Origin: Marsupella aquatica
Lineage: Eukaryota > Plantae > Marchantiophyta
DNA length: 64,000 nucleotides
Assembly: GCA_973895155.1 (NCBI GenBank)
Contig: OZ316896.1
Span: 20,262,754 to 20,326,753 of the forward strand
Reading direction: 5' to 3'
Shown: in pieces, positions 52,106 to 64,000 of the stretch
Numbering within the stretch: position 1 is the first letter of the stretch
Layout: each line of letters opens with the position of its first letter
Made by a program: the position numbers and the translations under genes
The notes under the pieces: model-generated
The model's input: the letters and a program-made list of their open reading frames with translations, nothing else
What the model was told of the DNA's origin: nothing
The model's database searches: none

Positions 52106-54135
52106 AGCGTAGGTATCAATAGTTACGACGAGGGGTTGAGTGATTGCATTTACACCTTTCAACGGTTTCCAGGTAAAGTATATTTGGCCAGATTACTTAG
52201 CATTAAGAAATTTACGTATTTTAATACGTCTTCCATACGATGCTCTTTTCAGCTCCTCCGTTATGCTTTTCACATAAAGAAATGGCCATATTCTTTTACG
52301 GCTTCTATTTGATGCCTCTTTTAAGCTTCTATGTGATGCTCTCGGCTGTCTGAGCTGCGGGGTGCTTGGGTCCACAGCTGCTTCAGCACTGTCTGCATGT
52401 AACACCGCTTAAACATCTGTCACACTAAATTGGACTTTAAGTCTGCCTCATTTTAGAAAACGAGCATGGCTCGACACTTAACCTCTTGCTAAGTACACCA
52501 GCCGGTCCCTTAAATATGATAAAAAAAGTCTCCTACATACGGTCTCCCTGCATATGTGAGTAGGCCATATACGGTGGCCTTTATATCTCAACCCATATGC
52601 GTAACTTCCCAGCATAAACAACTAACAACCCAGGCCTGTACAGTAGGTACATTAGCCTCCAGAGGGATTCAGGTCAACGTAAATTTTTTACTTTTTCGCC
52701 AGTGGCGAATGTAAATGTGAAGAAGAAGATGCTCAAAAGATTTTTTATTTAATTATTTTCCTGATCATCAGAGCTCCCTAGATTTAAGGCTGACAGTTGG
52801 ATTCTCCTAATGGGGCCTGGGAGTAGGTGGAACACTGGCTAATGAGATAGAAAAAAATAGCAAATTTTGGCCAAAAGTGGCTTTTGGGAGGTGTAATTTA
52901 GCAAATTTTCGCCACTAAAAAAAACTATCTGTTACGGCGGGCTCAGCGAACTAATAACATACTAGCTATGTCTTCTGACTGAAGTGCCTCCAGTACGGGT
53001 CTCAATCCTTGGAGTAGCGAGAAAACGAAGAGGGCCGGAACTAGCAGAGATAACTAATATGCTGTTCATTCACCTTGGGGTTTAGGTTGTATTGTTAGTC
53101 TACGGGGGATAAAGTGATTTGGGGAGATAAGCATCGGCGCGACAGCAGCCATTAAAGTAGTAAAGTCAGTTCCCCTTGAGTGGACTGAGGCAAGGTCGAT
53201 TCATAATTATTGCCAATCGAAAGACCTTCACGGCTTCATCTCGTCACCGGAAAAAGCCTGGTTGGCCTCTTTTGGCACATAATCATTGATTACTCTACTA
53301 AGATTCGCTGTCGGACTTATTAGTCGCCTTGAATCGCATACAGGGGCAATCATCAATCCAGCCCTCAATTGCTTTTTCCCACATGAATCAAGGGGACATA
53401 CTCGCTGCCAGCCTACTTCTTTAGTTGAGTCTTGCCTCTTGGATTGAACCATAGCCGTTGAATACTGTGAGCTGCTCACTCTCACTTTAGATTACTTGGA
53501 GGCAAGGATTACGCATCCTAGTCACCCGACAGAAAATACGACCAGCTTGCCCAGCCCACTGCATCTTCTTTTCTCGATATTTTGTGCCGAAATGGGATTC
53601 TCCGCCGTAAGTTTCAATGAATGAACTAGAGACGGCCCGATGACGATTCGATGTATTCTCTGTTTTTGCTCGGAACCTAAAGTTTGATTGTGCCGTGGTA
53701 CGAAAGTGGGTGACTTGTTGGAGCGGAGGTAGCCATTTGTTGTAGACACTGAAGTTGACCAAGCGGTCTAATCCAAATTGATCACTGCTTCCGAGCGTTC
53801 CTTCCTACGAGGCCTTTGTGATTTCTGTCATGTCGAGTCACATTTGGTGAATTGTAAGAGTGCGGTAAGGATTACGCATTCAGGCCCACACTTTTTGCAC
53901 TCTTGCTAGTCAGAGGACGTTGAGCGCACACTCGCAGTCATTGTTCGATGTTGCCCCCTCCCTCACGGCTGCGCAGCTCCTCTCCCCCTCTTCTCGCACA
54001 GAGAGACTGAACTCGCTCCTCCTCCGAGAGAATGCAAAGACACACTCCTGTACGTAGAATAATGCAGTCTCTCAGTAGTGAGCCCTAAACCGTTCTGAAG
54101 GTAAAGTTTAGATCGTTCTGCGAGGAAAGCGGCTG

Positions 54136-54221
54136 GAAGATGAGAGGCCCTACGGAGAAAGGTCCGTACTTTGTCAGTGAAGATGAGAGGCCCTACGGAG
54201 AAAGGTCCGTACTTTGTCAGT
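54136..54221. repeat. Perfect 43-bp tandem duplication upstream of the NLR coding region
   Basis: gaagatgagaggccctacggagaaaggtccgtactttgtcagt occurs twice. Confidence 0.95.
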
Positions 54222-54412
54222 CACCGCTGTAGAGGACCTTTCGTGTCCTGAGTCCCAAGAGTGTAGCGAAATCCTCCACCATGGGAAGCAGGCCGTGGTG
54301 GTCTATAGTCTGCGTTACACTTGGAGGCGTCGAGTGAACATTTCCACCATTGCCAGCCACTCGGGCTTCAGGGCCAAAAACTCAACCTTGTCTCTCCTCC
54401 GATTTTGAGCTT

Positions 54413-57400
54413 ATGGAACTTTGGCACCGATTTTGGGGGGAGGGCTCCTCCTCGGCATCTGGACAAGCCTCTGGTTCTAAGAGACGAGGAGCACTTCTTC
54501 AGGTCGGTTCACAGCACAAAGTCCTGATCTCGGTCTTCCTGATCTCGGTCTTTCTGAAGTTTTGCATATTTTGCTGCTTTGTTTTGCTTGCCGAGAAAGC
54601 CGGTTAGGATTCATGATCATTTCAACGCTCTGTGGGTTGTCTTGAAGTTTTCCCGTCCAGATCTGTGAAGATTTCCCCAAATGAGTGCAGCAATGACCCG
54701 TCTGTGTTTGTGATTTGGCCGTCTCAGCTGAACGACTCTTTGTACGAATTTCACAGACCAGACTGCACTCCCAAGATGCAGATTGTATTCATCCACGGGA
54801 TCCACTTGGGGGACTCCACGGATGCCCATTTAGATCCTTGGGAAAGCGAGGACGGCACGTTGTGGCCTCAGAGTTGGTTGGGTGAGGAGTTTCCCGCCGC
54901 TCACATATATGCTGCGGCTTACAGTGGAGGAGTGGGAAAGAGCCAACATGAGAGCTCCGACTTGTATATAATCGCCATGAATCTGCTGCATGATATGATT
55001 CATGAAAAAATTGGGCAACTGCGCCATTGCCCTGTTGTACTGGTTGGCTACGACTTCGGTGGCATTGTAATCAAGGAGGTGTGCTTACTTGCTAGTAAGC
55101 AGAGGAAAAACTGGAGACAGGGCCAGACTTTCCTAGACAACGTAAGAGGGATCTTTTACTATGGTACCCCTCACCACGGATTCCCGACTGTATCCAAACA
55201 AGCAGACCGTCTCCAGAGTCCGTTGTTGACTTATTTGAAACCTCTGAGCGTACACGCACTAAGACTGAATCATGACTTCCATAACCTACGTGAAATTCAT
55301 GCGAACTGGAGAATTCATGGTATTGGCGAAAGTCTGCCTACAAAATCGGTACAGTTCCACTGCTTCATTAATTTATGGACGTGCCGACCGAGAGAGTGCT
55401 GCTTCTTGCAATGAATCCTAAGAGAAAGATTACGGATTTGATTACGATAAGTGTGTCTCCGATCATGGTTCTCATGGAAGCGAAATTTGCAGCTTTTGAT
55501 GGTTGATAGAGTTCTATACCTGTGCAAAATCCTAATGTTGAAACTTATCTCGGACTTTCTCAGCCTGGAGATGGGCGTCTATTAGAGGTATGACGAAAGG
55601 GCAATCCTTGGTGGCTGTGCAGAATTTGTTTCCAAATGTTGTGGCAGTACCAGAGGCTTCTGCCAGACACAGAGAAGACTTTTTCGTAACCGTGAGAGCA
55701 GACCACAATTCAATCTCAAAACCTGCGAGTAAACTCGACAAAAGGTTCTCTGCCCTGAAGGACCTGCTTCACGACATTGACGGAGCCTCTGAGGTAAAAG
55801 GGTGTGATCCTCCTTCGTCAGGCAATTTGTGTTAGTTCCATAATCATTTTATACATCCTTTAAATCCTGAGTTGTGCACTTTTATGAATCTTTATCGAGA
55901 GTTAACTTTTTAACTTCTTTCCAAATTCAAGAAATCTTGACCACTTCAATTCTTGGAAATGCAGGAGAAACCTCGCCCGGAAAACTTCCAGCGTCTACCC
56001 CAGGACATGACTGACATCCACGATGAAGAGGAAGCGATTGTAAGCAAGCTTGAAACTGTGACAACGCTAGGCTTGGTTGGCATGGGAGGAGTAGGGAAGA
56101 CCACCCTCGCAAAGGCGGTGTTCAACATTTTGAGCCCCAGGTTTGATTATACTTGCTTTGTTTCAGACGTGAAACTTATAAGAGGGAGGGAAGATGATGT
56201 GAAGGAAGAGCTGTGGAAATGTTTGCATTTCCAAGGGAGGAAGGTTGGAGGAGAACGCAATTTGTCTGTCTTGAGAGGCAAACGATTACTCCTAGGTTTG
56301 GATGACATCTCTGATCGTGATATTAAGGTTTTACTAGACTTAGCCGAGGATACAGATCCAGCAAGCCGCTTCATTTGGACGTCTCGTGAAAGAGAAATTT
56401 TGAAGGACGTGGGTGCAATTTACGAAGTCCATGTCTTGACTGAGAAAGATGCCAAATTGTTATTCATGAAGCATGCGTTTCCAGAGGGGACAATCCCAGA
56501 TATGGAGTTAGAAAGTCTGGTTGAAGACATTGTCAGGAAATGCGGTGGGCTGCCTCTAACCCTACAAGTTCTGGGAAAGTACCTACGGGGGAAAGAGCAT
56601 CCGGTCTGGAAAGATACTCTAAGTGTGTTACAGAGAGCAGATAAGGTGAAAAACCTTGACGAAAGATTATGGGCAAAGTTGAGGCCTAGTTTTGAAAGCC
56701 TTGGAGAAAATGAGAAGGAGATGTTTTTGGATGCCACAAACTTCTTTTATGGGAACTGGAAGTGGACATTGCGTGCTGCGAAGATGGCGTGGCAAGCAGC
56801 TTATGGAGAGGTCAGTGAGCAATTGTGGCAAACCTTGGTAAACATGTCTCTTGTCTACAACGTGGGAGAAGAGGAATATATCAAGGTGAATAAGGAACTC
56901 GTAAGTCTAGCAAAAATGGTCGCATCTGATCCTGGACACGACGGCAAGTACCAAGTTTGGAAGTGCAAGGCTTTGAATGCTGCAGATGGGGCACTGGAAT
57001 TGTTTGGAAAATTAAATGCATTACATGGAAAGGTAATTCACGATGACATGCTTCAATTTACCACATCAGATCAGGCTGAAATTTAGGGGAATTGCAAATT
57101 GGTGGGGTATGGCTAGTGAGCTTGCTTCGGTATGTAGGTTGCCCTCTTAACTCTAGGATTGAAAACAAAACCTGGTTTTGAGAGGGCAACCTACAAGCTT
57201 TTGTGATGGGCACCAATACAGATTCAAGAGATTTAGTATGATGAATCAGGCATCTGAAAAAGGACATAAATTTATGATTTAGTCATGTTTAATTTGTTTT
57301 ATGCTGGTATCATCTTTGAACTATGTATTAATTCGTTAGCCTAGAACCCAATTAAAATTTGCAAATGTATACATTTGAACTGGGTGAGTTTTTAGCGAAG

Positions 57401-60400
57401 GGTTCTCTTGCAGCGGGAATGAGTGCCATGTGTGGTTCGTTTCTTGTCATTTTCTTTTTGGCGGACCACAGACATGATGTGCGTGCTAGCACCTGAGATG
57501 GAAAAACTCTAATCCAGGCAGCATCTGAGCAGCCGTGTTTAGGTGGTTCAATAACATGGGAGCTCACCCAAAAGGTGGGTTTGGGTGTTTCAAATGTTGA
57601 TCCACCTTGACCCAAAGGTTTCTCTTTTTCTTGCACCTAAAGGTTTTTTCTGTTTGTCCATTTTCTGGAATTGCAGGAAGTTCGTGCATTGCGGTTGGTC
57701 TCCGATATTGATTTAGAGGTTAGTCTGGTCCATGGCTCAAATACGGCTTTCAGTAATCTGAAGAACTTGCGGTTCTTGGAAATCGATCGGAGGATCCAGT
57801 TTGTTGGGGCGATGAACGATGCATGGCTACCAACCCAGCTTGTCTTGTTGCAATGTGCTGGTCAGGTTTTCTTCAACCCTGCCCTCCAAAAAGATTTGGC
57901 CGTTCTGAAACTATCAGACATGGAGTACGTACCGAGTTCTATTGGGGAGCTCTCCAAATTAAGCCATCTTGAAATACAATCGTCTGACGGAAGCTGCCAT
58001 TCCCTACCCGAATCTTTAGGATCACTTGTCTCCTTAACGGTTCTTCGAATCAATTGTACAGCATTGTTAGGGTTGCCCCAGTCCTTCGGATGTCTACAGG
58101 CCTTACAAAGCCTGATAATCTCTTCTGGTTTTGAGTTGCGAAGCTTGCCATACTCCTTCGGGTCACTCAGTGCTTTGCGGCACCTTATATTCGATAGTTG
58201 TCAAAGTTTGCAAAGCTTGCCCGAGTCGTTTGGACAACTGAGCGCCTTAGAGCACCTCGCATTCGATTTTTGTACTTCGTTGGAACGCCTGCCCGAATCA
58301 TTTGGGCGCCTGGCCTCTCTAAATCATCTAGAATTCGAGGACTGTAGTCATTTGCGATCGTTGCCCGAATCATTTGGGTACCTGGCCGCGTTAACTCATC
58401 TAGAATTCGATTCCTGTGAAAACTTGCAAGCCTTGCTTGATTCGTTTGGCAACCTCTCCTCTCTAAGCCACCTTGAATTCCGGAATTGCGGAAACTTGCG
58501 TGCCTTGCCTCATTCGTTTGGCAACCTCTCCTCTCTAAGCCACCTTGAATTCCGGAATTGCGGAAATTTGCGTGACTTGCCTAAATCATTTGAGCACCTA
58601 GTCCCCGCTTTAAACCATCTTATAATCGAGCCGGATTCCTTCGGGCTCCTCTCAGCATTAAGCCATCTTCGATTTGAGCATGAAAATCTCCAATTTCTGC
58701 CGGAGTCGGTCGCGAAATCGAAAGTCCTAGACTCTGTTCCATTGTCCACATCAATAAGAACGGCGGAGGAAACAGCAAGCAACGTTCCAGGGTTGAATCT
58801 GCGCCACGAAGCTGAGATTCACGAGCAGGTATTTCCGGCATACATGCGTTTTGAGTAAAGTAACTGGAAAGCGTTACATTCCAATAGAACGTTTGTGCCT
58901 GGAATTTCAGAAGTGTTTAAAGTATTCCAATGTTTCAGGAAAAAAATTGAGAAGGATGCCTACGTACTTTGACTCTTTAATCTGTACCCCTAGATCCATC
59001 GATTGCTGGACTCTCTATTTATGGCTTCAATCAATCTAGAGAAAGGACCTGAAATTTGTGACGTGATCCTGACCGTAGGGCATCGATACCCCGCAGCTGG
59101 AAACTAGGAGGCTCAACAGTGGGAAGTCCCACAAAATGGGCAGCCCGCCTCAAAGTCTCGACTTCTTCGAGCATCCAACACCTTATGGTGATAAATCTCT
59201 GGTCCTGAATCTTGACAAAGCTAAATCAGATTCTTATGTAAACGAGCAAGAGAAAGGCGAATTTGTGGATGAGCAGAAAGGTCCGGTTGTGGACTTGGCA
59301 AGGCGTGCAGACGAATTCATAAGGGACGTGGAGAAGGGAGGCAAATATGGTTACTTTGTTAGCTCCAAATGTCTTCTCCGTCTGGACGAGAGTCAACGTC
59401 AATCTTTAATGGCCATTCTTTGGGAAGCTGGATACTCAGAGATTTATCGAACGACTACCACAACGTTGTTCGCGAGACTTAAAAATGATGAGGAGAATCG
59501 AACCACGCCCTACGGTGCATCAAGCGCGTTAAAGGAAAGACCAGTCTCGCGCAGAGACGTGGATGACGTTGGACCGTCGAAAGGGGACGATGATTTACTG
59601 GGATCTGTGGGAAGGGGCGTTAATCTTAGCAGGAGCTGTAACGTTACTGACATCTTCGAATCTAATAACCCAGCGGGAACAAGTAAGCCCTCTTCTTGTA
59701 CCGAGTCAGTGCATTAAATTAAACGTTTTTGTTGACGTCCCATCGCTGAAATCTTTCCATACTTGCCTGTAATAGTAGACATAGACAGGAGGAGCAAAGA
59801 TAGTAGAGATGGGACTCAAGTAGTTGATGAACAAAACTTAAATTTGTGGTGCAAGTAAAATAAAATGGAAATCTCTTACATTTTGCAATTTCTAGCTTAC
59901 ACGCTTAGTTCTAGTTTTTGCATGACGGAGCTCAAATGTGAGGGGACTGGAATCTGTCCACTCTTCTCGTCTCTTTCTTCTCAAGTTTACGGGCCTTCTT
60001 TTGTGAATTTGTAGCTGCATCAGAGTTTTCCGTAAACTCTGGTTGGAGTGAAACCGCCGTTAGTTTCGCCCTGATTGTTTCTGGCAAACTCTATTCATCA
60101 CATTTGTTTTGACTGTTCTTTCCCTGTCTAGGCTCGATCAAAAGTTTTGAAGGGGAAATATCACCCGCTGGTGATCCTCTCGAAACAGGAACGCTGAGCC
60201 GTGAGGATGCCTTGGAAAGCCAGTTCTGCGAGAATGTAACGACGGAAATGTCAGAGCCCACGCCAACGCCAAGTTTGGAAAGGATAGAACAGAAGCAACC
60301 GACTTCAGTTCCTGCGATATCCACCAAGCCTCCCACGATTGCCCCTGCTGAACAACAATCGGCCACCTTGAGATCGTTCAAAGCTGCACTAAAGAGCAAA

Positions 60401-61778
60401 AGCTATCCCAGCTTTTGCGTGAGCAGGCGGTGGCTTTCTGACTTAAAAGACGATGAGCAGAAGGCACTGTTAGCGATTTTGGAAGCCGGGTACAAGAAGA
60501 TTTATGAGACTGGCACCGATACTTGGTATGAGAGGCTCGAAGTGCGTGTGCAGAGCCCAGGAGATGGGGAAGTGGGTGACGATTCCTCCAGCTCGTCCAA
60601 ACGAAGTAGTGTTGCTGGAGGTGATATCACAAAGTCCGGAGCATCGAAGAGTCGTGATAGTCTTGCGCCGGGGAAGGGGAAGAGGAATGTCAATGACGAC
60701 GATACAAGTGATACAAGTGGTTCACCTTCGCGGGATACTACGGAAAACAGTAAGCTAAACTTCCTACCGAAACTTGACCTCCTCAGTGGTTGTGATTTAT
60801 GTGGCTATTGGTACTATAGCATTTTCCTGCTCTTGACAACTGAGACACGTACTTGTGGTTGCAGAACGGAACGAAGACTTTTCTTGCAGTCCCCGACGTT
60901 TGAAAGTGGCTTGCTCATCACTTGCTCAGACTCCAAGTATACTACCATCATCGAGGGATGAAATAATAGAACAATATGGTGATGAAGAGTTTGTCACAAT
61001 GCCTAATTTACGACGGCGTGGAGTGTATCTTATTTCGACATCAATTGATCGACGCTTCTCAATACCTGCGATTTCTTTTTCTGACGAGGGACATGCTGTG
61101 ATGGGGACCAAGAGTATGAATGCCAAAGCAATAAGCTCACTTAGCTGCTGCGTTGATCATCGCAATCTAAAGGTACGTTTCAAATTCTCAAAATTTTCTG
61201 GAGAAATTAGGGGCATAGATCCAAATGAGCAGCAAAGTAATGTTGTTGCTTTGAGCTGCTTAGGAACTAGTGTGTCTGGCTTTACTAGAAAAACGAAGGA
61301 TGAAGATGATTTTGAACCGGTCGCTCTTCATCTTGATGAATTATATCATCCCCATTCACAAGGTAGACCAGTGGAGAAATCAATAACTTCTGATGATGTT
61401 CTTGTCTGGTTGAAACTCTCTTCTAGCCATGCAAATAATAGTAGCTCTGCGTCAATAACATTAGGGCTACAAGCCGACGCTGACAAAAGACTTGCGAATG
61501 ACTTAGAAACAAATGTCCGAAGAGCCCATACGCTTTCGTTCGACAATGCTAGACGTCCTGTGATATTTGAGGGAATCCTTGATGAGGGAATCATTGATGA
61601 GGAAAGTCACTTATCAGAGTCTTTCTTAGAACTGCAAGTTAGATATAGGCTTGAAGTTTGCTACTTTGAACCTTCCATATGGGGTAGAGACACCAGCCTG
61701 TTTTGCCCATGCTCACCACTGACTACTCAACCGGTTGACCTAAATTGTTGCCTCACAATTAGAAGTGAAAATTTGTAA
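54413..61778 (+). CDS. Alpha/beta-hydrolase-NB-ARC-LRR immune receptor with long C-terminal extension. Exons ~54671-55348, 55623-55793, 55965-57032, 57677-58828, 59097-59681, 60132-60749, 60865-61778; first exon from ATG 54413 is uncertain
   Basis: SERAC1/SesB-like hydrolase (IVFIHG, WPQSWL, YYGTPHHG, ADHNSISKP). NB-ARC P-loop GMGGVGKTT, LLGLDD, SRFIWTSR, GLPL. About 13 LRRs of 24 aa. The six downstream introns are GT-AG with matching phases. Confidence 0.9.
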
Positions 61779-63829
61779 TCCATTCATACCATGGTGTGGT
61801 ATTGCCTAAGCAAATATTGTTTTGCAAATAATAGAATTAAACTACTGTATCTGTTTAAAGAAATTTGTTTGGAGGCTCCCTGGTGTTTACATCAAGGTGT
61901 CACAGGTGAATGGCAATTATTGTGGTCCAGCCCATGTTCTCCTGACTAAGAGATATAGTGAAGTTGTGAAGTGTGACACTTCCAGACGTGCCGTCCTGAA
62001 TAGGTATTGTCAATTACAATCATTGTGTACTTATCAAAGCACGATCAGGTTTTGAGGAAGGAGAGTTGATGTGAAATATCTTGCTTTTCTTGCATGTCTT
62101 AGGTAAGTGTCTTTACAAGAAACCCTTCCAAACCGTGTCCAATGTTGAATAAATAGGACACAGTGTTGCACGCGCAGGAAGAATGACCTATAGTAAATTC
62201 TTTCCAAGTTTGTACACTTTCGAGAGTAATGACAACTAGGTAACTTCTAACAATTTGGTATCTGCTCTTGCACCAAGTTTCTGGCCAGCACACAGGATGA
62301 TTACCCCTTGACATCCACGATGACCCTTGTGTAATTGCTGATGCTCTCTCGGAATGGATGTGATGAAAAAATTATAATCATGGCATGAGAGCTGCCTGGA
62401 TCTTGATGCACATACCTGGATGAATCTGTGACCAACCAGAGGAAAGTTATTCAGAAAACTAAATTAGTGTGGGATGATATACTATTTGCAACACCAAGAA
62501 ACTGCTCATTCAATTTCCTACGTGATTGTCTTGTTTCAGTCTAATATTTGCCTTGCCTCCACATCATCTGCGAAACACATGGCCATCCGGGCTAGTAAAG
62601 TGATAATATCTATTCCAATAAGGGTTCATTGTGTACACACTATTTTGCGGAGAAGTATAAAGGAAACTTCCATTTTTCCAGATTATTATTTACGTTTTGA
62701 ATTCAGCTCTGAGGTAGGATTCATTCACAGGCAGCTGGATACATACTTAGGCCAGCTAGGGCTACAAATAGCAGACTTGAGACCCACGGCCTGGGAATTC
62801 ATCCCAAATTAGATAGTGCCGCAATTACTAGAAAGGCTAATGTCATTAAGTAATGTTTCATAAGTGCGCAAGAAGTACGCCTGAACCTGTGAAAAGCTCA
62901 TATCTAAATCTGAATTGGATTTTCTGTTTCTAGAGAACGCACGATCAGCAGGAAACTTCACAAAATAAGTAAATGAAAGAAACTAATCCTTTGCCTGTAC
63001 AAACAGGTGAAGGATCCTCAGAGACTACACATGGTGCATATGCATGTCCCATCGATCGCCCACATGGGATCATCCGAGTTATTCCATCCACAAAATAACA
63101 ATCATATACAGTGAGCTAGTGAAGAAACCACGATTGAACCTAAAATAGAGTTTCTCATTATGAATTTCTTACAATGTCAAATCCAGAAACCTAGAGTTTT
63201 GCACCCCTTTCATTTATAGGTAAAATGAAATAACTATTATTAGACAAGATATTAAGAATAAGATAATTATTAGGTTCACAATGAGAACAATACTACTAAA
63301 TACTGAGAATTTTTGAATGACTCATCCAGTTTTTAAGTTGGGAAACTCTACTTCAACTTTTTATAAATAAAACTATGAAGGGGCCTTCACATCATAGTAA
63401 ATAATCCTGTTGGAAACCTTTGTAATTACTGGGTTAGACTCATTCCTACCACTGACATGATTCAATTGAGAAAATGCTAGTCTGAAAGCATGAGGAGCGA
63501 ACCAGAGTAGATATTCTGATAGTCCATGCTGTAAACGATGAGTGTTCATTTTTGGTTTACTGATATTGCACTCTTTTGGTCCATCTTAAGCTCGGCTTAA
63601 TGCTTAAATTACCACAAAGGTAGTGTGTCTTGTTTCCTTCAAGCTCCAGGTGGGGAACTACGTTACTTGTATATAAAGTTGACTAGGGAGCAAATTATTA
63701 TTGCAAAAAGTATAGATCCGCTAAGCACATAGCTAGTGAATCTTTGAATAATTTTGAAAATAGTTATGACAGCTATACTAACTAATCCCCTCACAATGGC
63801 TAAGGCTCTTTACTTTCAGAACCTGCTAA

Positions 63830-64000
63830 GAGCATCTCCAACCCTAGGGTTTTGCTTCTTGGCCGAGTACATTAGGGCGTGTCCAAATAGCACCATAAAG
63901 GAGGTATGGGCAAGGACATAAAACTCTTTTATGGCCAAGACATAACTTATTACAACTACCTAAATACACATCTCATGAGAATCTTATGTCCAAAAAAATG
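63830..64000. mobile_element. Possible left end of a Tourist/PIF-Harbinger MITE
   Basis: TAA followed by GAGCATCTCCAA. A second TTA-GGGCGTGTCCAA lies at ~63872. No right end within the window. Confidence 0.45.

Noticed and set aside
55564-55587. Possible micro-exon in the NLR (cag...gtatga)
   Set aside because: It would leave a 35-nt intron, and the gene model is in frame without it.
62050-62820. ORF fragments downstream of the NLR
   Set aside because: Short, stop-ridden on both strands and without a recognisable domain.

Overview
Eukaryotic, intron-containing plant DNA, most likely a bryophyte such as a liverwort; this is inferred from an alpha/beta-hydrolase-NB-ARC-LRR gene. The first ~39 kb is a nest of transposons. 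It holds two related Ty1/copia elements (one full length with three nested insertions), a MULE, L1 fragments and a TIR family with 8-bp TSDs. When the nested insertions are removed, 7.4-19.6 kb resolves into a co-oriented, decayed gene cluster on the minus strand. One gene is an HTH plus integrase-core DDE transposase (IS3EU-like). The adjacent gene joins EDM2/NSD-type PHD fingers to a TET/JBP-like HxD...H dioxygenase domain, a family not generally recognised in land plants. This is the main candidate for a novel system. The right part holds an intact 5-exon pectin methylesterase, decayed immune-like genes and a long hydrolase-NLR. That NLR lacks the catalytic Ser, has a degenerate MHD motif and carries a ~700-aa in-frame C-terminal extension. 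All calls come from manual reading; no database searches were run.
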